Source: Stramenopiles sp. TOSAG23-2 (lineage: Eukaryota). From it: a stretch of DNA of 49,470 nucleotides. The position numbers and the translations under genes are program-made. The notes under the pieces were generated by a model. It ran no database searches. It saw nothing but the letters and a program-made list of their open reading frames with translations, and was not told the origin of the DNA. The stretch spans positions 1 through 49,470 of the forward strand of contig LT649273.1 of NCBI GenBank assembly GCA_900128395.1, in the 5' to 3' direction. Below, one piece after another: positions 42,387-49,470 of the stretch. Within the stretch, counting starts at the first letter, position 1. Each line of letters starts with the position of its first letter.

Positions 42387-43533
42387 AAAAATGTTTTTTA
42401 TATGACTGAACACTCATTAGATTTTACGAAATTCGTACCAGTTCGTAATATTATCTAAAATCATAATATAATACCCGAAGCTTCGATAAAATAAAAATTA
42501 CGTACGGCGGAATATTTTTTTTATATTATATTTTACGACGTATAAAAATAAAAAAATATTGAAAAAGATTATATGTATATTAATATAAAAAAATCTTCCG
42601 TATTATTTATGATAAAATATCATACTAAATTAAACTAATGGATTAATATTTATGATTAGTTAAATTTTACAACACTTTGTAAGTTATAATAATTGTAACT
42701 TCTCGTGGCGAATACTATGTTCAATACTTCTAACTCAGAGATGCAGTTTTAATCCTACTATTAATAGTAAAGGTCTAAAATGCACGTCTGCACTCTTCAT
42801 TCCAGTCCAGGCACTCCAGCACTCCAGCACTCAAGCACATATCCTCGTATGTTTATCAATTAATTCCAATTAAGTGTTTTATAGAATTTTTTTGTACTAA
42901 GTGCTAAATTGATTGCAAAAATCCAAAATTTTTTGGATAGAATTTTACTATATAAAAGTATATTATTTTACAATATAAGTAAGAGAAAATTAAGTTGCAA
43001 AGGGTTTTTTTGTGTAAAAATTTGATACTTTTATTAGTGCTAAAATAGCAGGTAAATTTTGTGATTTTGATGGAGACAAAAGTTAAAATTATTTTGTGTT
43101 TTCGCTACATTTTGTGTTTGAGCAAGTATTTTTACTAACAATTTGCTTCTACAATAGACACAGGAGGGCTTAAAAAATGTGCAAGAAAAGTCTAAAAAGT
43201 CATCGGTGGAACAAATTGCCGTGGCATGTGCATGGCTATTTTTTTCACTATAAAAAACCTTGTTGTTGTTTGGTTTTTTTTTCAATCTAAATCATCATCC
43301 AAAAAAAACCAACAACATACAGAGGTACTTAGACTAATCTGCACATCTGGTAATATATAGTCCAGAAAATAGGAATAAATAAATTAATATTAATAATATC
43401 ACACTAACACTGTCTATGTCTGTATAAAGTATTGTATCTTCCCCATAAATCAAAACATAAACGTAAGAAGAATTCGTTTCGACAATATACAGTAGACCAA
43501 CCATAGGATAGAAAATTTGGCATTGGTGACAGT

Positions 43534-46500
43534 ATGTCACTGCCAAATCTTTTTGATGAGGAACTGGGAGAATTTAACTTACAGGAAGAATTACATGACG
43601 GCAATCTTTTGGATATGGAGGAGAGTAACTTTAATGCTATATTCGATAATTCCCAGAACTCAAATCTATCACGTTCTGAAAGTGGAGGGTCATTAAGGAT
43701 GGCATCAAACGCTATTACTACTACAACAACTATAACTACTACTACTACTAATAATAACGATAATAATAACAATAGCGATAATAATAACAATAGCAATGAC
43801 TATAATAATATACAAGACGACACTGGCAGTTTGAAATTGCCCCATATTTTGGAAATAACAATTTATGAAAAAACGACTACAACCACCGGTTCAAGTAATG
43901 GTGAAAGTACTTCAAGTGGAGGTGAGAAGGGTACTACTTTTAATAAAAAAATTACTGAAGTTACAGATGACTTCTATCCTGAAAAACAAAGAAAGAAAGA
44001 AACAAAAGAGCGTATTTTCAATGTGTTAGCAAAAGCTCGTAGGTGTAGACTTAAACGAATTTCTGGAGAAACAGGCGGAGTATATTGTTGGAGTTTGCAA
44101 GATGGAAAAAATGTTACTCTGAATTCGAATACGCAAATCAAGTTAAATAAAGAAATTAAACTTCCAACTTCTTTATTTAAAAGTAGTGTAACAAGGAATT
44201 TACGAATATTTCATTTGTCTAAAAATACTGAAAAGAAAGAAAAAGTCCTAATTAAAATTGATTTTATTCCCGAATTTTATTTTGATGCTTTCAAAGTTTA
44301 TCGGAAACGGGGGAAAAGTAATAATTCTAAAAGGCCTGCGATTGATGATATAAATAAATCGCCTACAAAAACATTGAAAACCGATGGTGTCATGATCAAT
44401 TTTGAACATGGTGAGATTGGTAGTGGGATTCCGGAGGATTCTCCAATCCAAAAAGTTTCTGATGGTGGATTTTCCAAGTATCATTCAATTAGCGCGAATA
44501 AAGTAACTGGCATCAAAGGTAATTTTATTACCCTAGTAGCCGATCAACTGGCTGTATTGAGCGATCCAAACTTTAAAATTTTGATATCAAAATGTGATAA
44601 TAACATTTTGAACAAAGTTGTGAAATTAAATTTGTACAATTATGAATGGAAGATGAAAGCCGAAAGCAGCAATGGCGCTAAAGATGCTGGACCAATTGCA
44701 ACAGATTTATGGAAATTAGGTAAGGAAATAAACATTCCTTTAGTTAAATTTGAAAATGATGAAGTGGAAGTGACGGAGGAAAACATTAAAAGACGGGCGA
44801 TGGATGGTAGACGTTTGGTTGTTAATTCAAATGCACTGAATACATTAAATTTAAAATGTATTAAGGAATTAAATGAGAATCAAGATAAATTTTCAAACCA
44901 GCAAAAAGAATTAGTCATAGCTTATAGAAGTAAATTGGATAACGTTTATCGTCGCTTGTTGCCCTTTGAAAGCCATGTTGAAGATAATCGAATGAACGTC
45001 GAAGGCAATAAAATGCAGATTGCAATGTTAGAAAAACGCGTTGATAATCTTGAATCAACGAAAGTAAGCACAAGCAATATAAATAAAGTACAAGTACCTC
45101 CAGGTATTATCATCCTGTGTATTTCACCAAACGAAAAAGTGGCCGTTAAACAATTGTTTGAAAGTGAAGCAAAAACAATTTCTGAACATACTGGAGCTAT
45201 TGTTTACAGTGGAAATTTTGAAGGTGCACTGTCAACTATTGTATCTAACAAAAATTCCATTAAATGGGTGCATTTTATTGGACGAGAAACAGAGGCTTTA
45301 TTAGTTGGAGAACGTGGGCATGAAGTAGATGAACAAAGAGCAGGTTTTGTATTTTTTGCAGGGAATAATTACGAATATGTCGAAAAGCGGAAACTTATCG
45401 ATGCGCTATGCAGTTTAAAAGACAAAATTAAATTAATATCTGTCAATGCTGCCAACACTGAAGAATTAGTCAATGGTTTCTCGGTTGGAGGTATCGAAGC
45501 GGCATGGGGATGGACTGGTCAAATAAATGTTGAAGCTGCAAAAATATTTGGGGAAGAATTTTACAAACGGCTCAATGGAGATGCAATGGGAAATACATAT
45601 GATGCCTATAGGCAAACAATTTCTTTTGTGGAAAACATAATGCAAATTCAAGATGTAGTTTCTAAGAAACATTCCAAAGGCACTAGCAATCTGATTCATC
45701 CAAAGTATTTATTCGGAAACCTAACAAGAAATTTAGAGACAAGTTCTTCCAAGCAATATGACCAGACTTTAGTAGGATTACCTTGTTATATGGAAAACCA
45801 AGCATGCTCATTACTCAAAACAAAACTTTGTCCGCAAAATTTTCAACATAGAATATCAAGTACATATAATCAATTTCACAAAAATTCTCGCAAATGGATA
45901 TTTCAGGAGATACAAAGGTGGAATTCACGGGAAAAAAATATTACTGAAAATAGTCGCATGCTTATATTATCTGGTATTGGCGGCATTGGTAAAAGCACCA
46001 TAGCAAGTGTGCTTGCAAAAGGAAAAAACCCAGCAAATATCGACGTAATTGCGCATTTTTTTTGTAATCATTCGATTGAGTTGAAAAAAAGACCATATAA
46101 TGTGTTAACAACTATTGCATTTCAGCTGGCACAGAAGATAGTTTCGTATCGGAAAAAGTTAAGAGAAGTAATGTTTAATATTAATGAAAATATGAAGTTG
46201 GAAGATCTATTCGAATTATTGTTTCAGCCACTACATGAAATTTGGAGAATAACAGCAATTGATTGTAATCGTTCAGTAATCTTAATTGATGGATTAGATG
46301 AATGTGGCCCAACTGATGAGAAAAATAATTTATTGAATTGTATACAAAAGCATTTTCATAAAATGCCAGAATGGCTTTCGTTTATCGTTACCACACGCCC
46401 TGAAGATTATACTATGAAACGTTTGAAACATTTTGGACCTATCGAGATATGCGCAGAGTCGGAAAATAATATTATTGACATAAAAAGCTATTTACGCTTC

Positions 46501-49311
46501 AAATTAGAGGAGCAAAATGTAAAAATGAAGGATCTAGACAAAGGGATTGAAATTCTTGTATATAAATCTGAAAATTTGTTTATCTATGCACAACATATGG
46601 TTCAGGAAATAAGTAAGAAAAACAACGTTTCGTTGGAAGAATTAGCTAAGTTTCCAGATGGTATTAAAGGCTTTTATGAAGACCAATTTGGGCGAATACT
46701 TGGGAACAGAACGAAACATTTTGATTTAGATATGAATTATAATGATTGGATTAGCTCTTGCGAATGGAACATCATTCAAACTGCAATGATTTCACAGGAG
46801 CCATTGAATTTAATGCTGTTGAAAGGCTTTGTCGATAAATTCCCTGAAAGTGAGAGAGAGGTGCGAAAATTAAAAGAAAATTTGTCTATATTTTTCCCAA
46901 TTCGAAATGGTACTATTCAAATTTATCATAAAAGTCTCAGCGAATGGCTTACGGATGAAAACCGGCGAGAACATGATTTATACGTAGATAAAAAAAAAGA
47001 ACATGCTAAAATGGGGAACAAGTGCATTGATATTATACACCGATGCTTGAAAAATGGTAATGCTGCAGAAATGGAGATGTTTCAATATGCCCTGAGGCAT
47101 GGAATCAAACATTTATGCATGGGAGATTTGGGGAAAAAAGCGAAAAATCTCATGTTTGAATTTAAATGGTTATTGGAAAGAGCAAAAATAGGCCCTGCAA
47201 ACGAATTGATCAGCGATGCAAACATCGCATTAGAATGCAATAGTAAGGATAAATCATTTATGTTGTTACGAAATGCTTTAAGATTATCGCAAGGTGGGCT
47301 GGAGATGGACCCATTACAAATTGCAGGGCAATTAGTTGCCCGTTTGATGAGCTTTGATGGTAAAATGGAAGAGATTTCCATATTATTAAAAAGTATAAAA
47401 GAATGGAAAGGACCAGAAGATCGAAAGGGATGGTGGTATCCAGTCGCTCAGACTTATCAAGTCGCTGGAGGACAATGCGAAGCAACATTATTAGGGCATG
47501 AGGATGGAGTATTGAGTGTAGATATCAGCCATGATGGCAAGAACTTAGCATCTGGATCCAGCGATGGGACTGTAAAAATATGGAATGCACAAGGTGGAAT
47601 ATGCATAACCACATTGATGGGACATTTTGATGAAGTCAATTCAGTTGCATTTGATGCATCCTGCAAGAAAGTAGTATCAGGTTCGAAAGACAAAAGAATT
47701 ATTGTTTGGGATTTAGTTTTGAATAACTATATAGTATTGGGAGATGGATCGAAGTGCCATTCGGATGAAGTTGCATCAGTCTCTTTTAATTATGATGGAA
47801 CAATGGTTGTTTCAGGCTCAAACGATAAAAGTATTAAAATATGGGATGTAGAGACTAGAAAATGTATTTGTACGTTCAGTGGCTGTCCTAGCGACTACGG
47901 CGAAATAACAGAGACAGAGAATATTAATAACAATCATGATGGCCATTCAGAAGCAGTATTATCTGTTAAATTTAGTAGCAATGGTACGAAGATTTTATCA
48001 AGTTCGTATGATGGAAGTATAAAAATCTGGAATGTAGCAACAAAGCAATGCATGTGTACATTAGATGAACATACTGATGCTGTTAATTCAGTTTCATTTA
48101 GCACTGATGAAATGAAAGTAGTATCCGGTTCGGATGATGAAAGCATAAAAATATGGAATATTGCAGATAAAGAATGTATACATACATTAGAACACGATGA
48201 TCTATGGTCTGTTACTGCTGTTTTATTTGGCAATAACGATAAAATAGTTTTTTCATCATGCTGGAATTGCATAAAAACATGGGACGCACAGACTGGCAAC
48301 TGTTTGTCTACCTTTAATGGACATTCCGGTAGTATCAATACCATTGTACTTAACCATGACAATACACAAATTATTTCAGGTGCGTACGATAATAGCATAA
48401 AAATATGGACAATGATGGAAAATACAAAAATGGATATTACTATACCTGATAAGCATTCAGATTTTGTCAGTCTAGTTGCATTTAATAGTACCAATACCAT
48501 GATCGTATCGTGTTCACATGATACAAATATAAAATTATGGAGTAGTGAAAGTGGAAAATGCACAGCTACGCTATTTGGGCATTCAGATTGGGTCAATTGT
48601 GTTGCATTTGACGATAGTGATATGAAAATTATTTCAGGTTCAAATGATACATTTGTGAAGATTTGGGATGTGAAAACAAAACGATGCCTTTTGACATTAA
48701 TCGGACATGCAAGTTGGGTTGTATCAGCAACATTTAATGCAGATGGTACTAAAGCAGTATCAGCTTCAGATGATAATGGTATAAAAGTATGGAATATACA
48801 AAATGAAGGAAATTGTTTGTATACCTTTAATAATGTACCCCGATGCCCCCCAAGTCTTGACGGCGATGGGGAAAAAGTCAAAAAATTTGCTTATTTAACA
48901 CCACTAGTCGTTTTCAATCTGGATTCTAAAAAATTGTTGCATATTTCAATTGATAGCAATGGTAACAATGTAAAAAATATATTTGATTTAACAAAGAAAA
49001 ATGAAAAATGTATTTTTACTGGAAACAAGTTTCTCCCAGACAATGTTAAGGAAGACTTTTGGAGGAGGTTAAAAAAAATAACGCAACCGCTTGATATGAT
49101 GGAATCCATCTTCAAAAAAACAGCATCAGATAATCATGGACAAGAAAATACACATAATAATAATATTGATATCTTGTCTAATACGATTGGACTAGCGGCA
49201 GATGGAACAAATACAAATCCTGATTTGTTTTTTAATCCCAACAATCTACTTCTTGAACATGCAGTAACAACACATGGATCAAATGTACATATTCTTAAAC
49301 GAATGTTTTAA
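43534..49311 (+). CDS. NLR/STAND protein: N-terminal region, degenerate CHAT-like domain, NACHT NTPase, WD40 repeats (HET-E/NWD-like)
   Basis: Walker A GIGGIGKS (45973), AHFFC, Walker B VILIDGLDE, FIVTTRP and IYHKSLSEWL. About 10 GH...SGSxDxxIKIW WD40 repeats from ~47480 to ~48830. Confidence 0.92.
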   Translation: MSLPNLFDEELGEFNLQEELHDGNLLDMEESNFNAIFDNSQNSNLSRSESGGSLRMASNAITTTTTITTTTTNNNDNNNNSDNNNNSNDYNNIQDDTGSLKLPHILEITIYEKTTTTTGSSNGESTSSGGEKGTTFNKKITEVTDDFYPEKQRKKETKERIFNVLAKARRCRLKRISGETGGVYCWSLQDGKNVTLNSNTQIKLNKEIKLPTSLFKSSVTRNLRIFHLSKNTEKKEKVLIKIDFIPEFYFDAFKVYRKRGKSNNSKRPAIDDINKSPTKTLKTDGVMINFEHGEIGSGIPEDSPIQKVSDGGFSKYHSISANKVTGIKGNFITLVADQLAVLSDPNFKILISKCDNNILNKVVKLNLYNYEWKMKAESSNGAKDAGPIATDLWKLGKEINIPLVKFENDEVEVTEENIKRRAMDGRRLVVNSNALNTLNLKCIKELNENQDKFSNQQKELVIAYRSKLDNVYRRLLPFESHVEDNRMNVEGNKMQIAMLEKRVDNLESTKVSTSNINKVQVPPGIIILCISPNEKVAVKQLFESEAKTISEHTGAIVYSGNFEGALSTIVSNKNSIKWVHFIGRETEALLVGERGHEVDEQRAGFVFFAGNNYEYVEKRKLIDALCSLKDKIKLISVNAANTEELVNGFSVGGIEAAWGWTGQINVEAAKIFGEEFYKRLNGDAMGNTYDAYRQTISFVENIMQIQDVVSKKHSKGTSNLIHPKYLFGNLTRNLETSSSKQYDQTLVGLPCYMENQACSLLKTKLCPQNFQHRISSTYNQFHKNSRKWIFQEIQRWNSREKNITENSRMLILSGIGGIGKSTIASVLAKGKNPANIDVIAHFFCNHSIELKKRPYNVLTTIAFQLAQKIVSYRKKLREVMFNINENMKLEDLFELLFQPLHEIWRITAIDCNRSVILIDGLDECGPTDEKNNLLNCIQKHFHKMPEWLSFIVTTRPEDYTMKRLKHFGPIEICAESENNIIDIKSYLRFKLEEQNVKMKDLDKGIEILVYKSENLFIYAQHMVQEISKKNNVSLEELAKFPDGIKGFYEDQFGRILGNRTKHFDLDMNYNDWISSCEWNIIQTAMISQEPLNLMLLKGFVDKFPESEREVRKLKENLSIFFPIRNGTIQIYHKSLSEWLTDENRREHDLYVDKKKEHAKMGNKCIDIIHRCLKNGNAAEMEMFQYALRHGIKHLCMGDLGKKAKNLMFEFKWLLERAKIGPANELISDANIALECNSKDKSFMLLRNALRLSQGGLEMDPLQIAGQLVARLMSFDGKMEEISILLKSIKEWKGPEDRKGWWYPVAQTYQVAGGQCEATLLGHEDGVLSVDISHDGKNLASGSSDGTVKIWNAQGGICITTLMGHFDEVNSVAFDASCKKVVSGSKDKRIIVWDLVLNNYIVLGDGSKCHSDEVASVSFNYDGTMVVSGSNDKSIKIWDVETRKCICTFSGCPSDYGEITETENINNNHDGHSEAVLSVKFSSNGTKILSSSYDGSIKIWNVATKQCMCTLDEHTDAVNSVSFSTDEMKVVSGSDDESIKIWNIADKECIHTLEHDDLWSVTAVLFGNNDKIVFSSCWNCIKTWDAQTGNCLSTFNGHSGSINTIVLNHDNTQIISGAYDNSIKIWTMMENTKMDITIPDKHSDFVSLVAFNSTNTMIVSCSHDTNIKLWSSESGKCTATLFGHSDWVNCVAFDDSDMKIISGSNDTFVKIWDVKTKRCLLTLIGHASWVVSATFNADGTKAVSASDDNGIKVWNIQNEGNCLYTFNNVPRCPPSLDGDGEKVKKFAYLTPLVVFNLDSKKLLHISIDSNGNNVKNIFDLTKKNEKCIFTGNKFLPDNVKEDFWRRLKKITQPLDMMESIFKKTASDNHGQENTHNNNIDILSNTIGLAADGTNTNPDLFFNPNNLLLEHAVTTHGSNVHILKRMF

Positions 49312-49470
49312 AAAAATTTTCTTTAATATCTTGTGAAAAAAAATATAATACTATTAATAATAATACTTAGGTTAATACTATTTTTAATAAACACGTGAAA
49401 TTATTTTTATTACGGTATTGCCGATCTCAAAAATCATGCCGAAAACCTTACATCGATTAACATTCAAAAA

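Noticed and set aside
42810-42838. 9-bp microrepeat (gcactcca x3)
   Set aside because: Short slippage repeat with no further evidence of function.
1-49470. Prokaryotic or giant-virus origin of the window; tRNA or rRNA genes
   Set aside because: Spliceosomal introns, RRM and ciliary-type genes, homopolymeric amino-acid tracts and no viral hallmark genes indicate a nuclear genome. I saw no tRNA or rRNA signature by eye.

Overview
AT-rich, gene-dense, intron-poor eukaryotic DNA in the standard genetic code, with poly-Asn/Thr/Lys tracts. It is probably from a flagellated protist; the exact lineage cannot be fixed from this window. I support about 14 protein genes plus one doubtful fragment, and predict three GT-AG introns that join split ORFs. 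The main highlight is one ~2340-aa spliced gene (31819-38979, minus strand) with the order UBL(diGly)-IQ-ARM repeats-cyclin-RING-IBR-PARP-like ADP-ribosyltransferase-RING-Deltex C-terminal domain. It sits beside an ankyrin-like repeat protein and an NLR-type CHAT(dead)-NACHT-WD40 gene. Other unusual items: a renalase/AKAP7-type 2H phosphoesterase fusion, an EGF-capped bacterial-type GltS symporter, a 3.3-kb non-coding island with nested repeats around a hairpin core, many 67-282 bp tandem duplications, and recurrent upstream and 3'-end DNA motifs. All domain calls come from motif recognition by eye; no database search was run.
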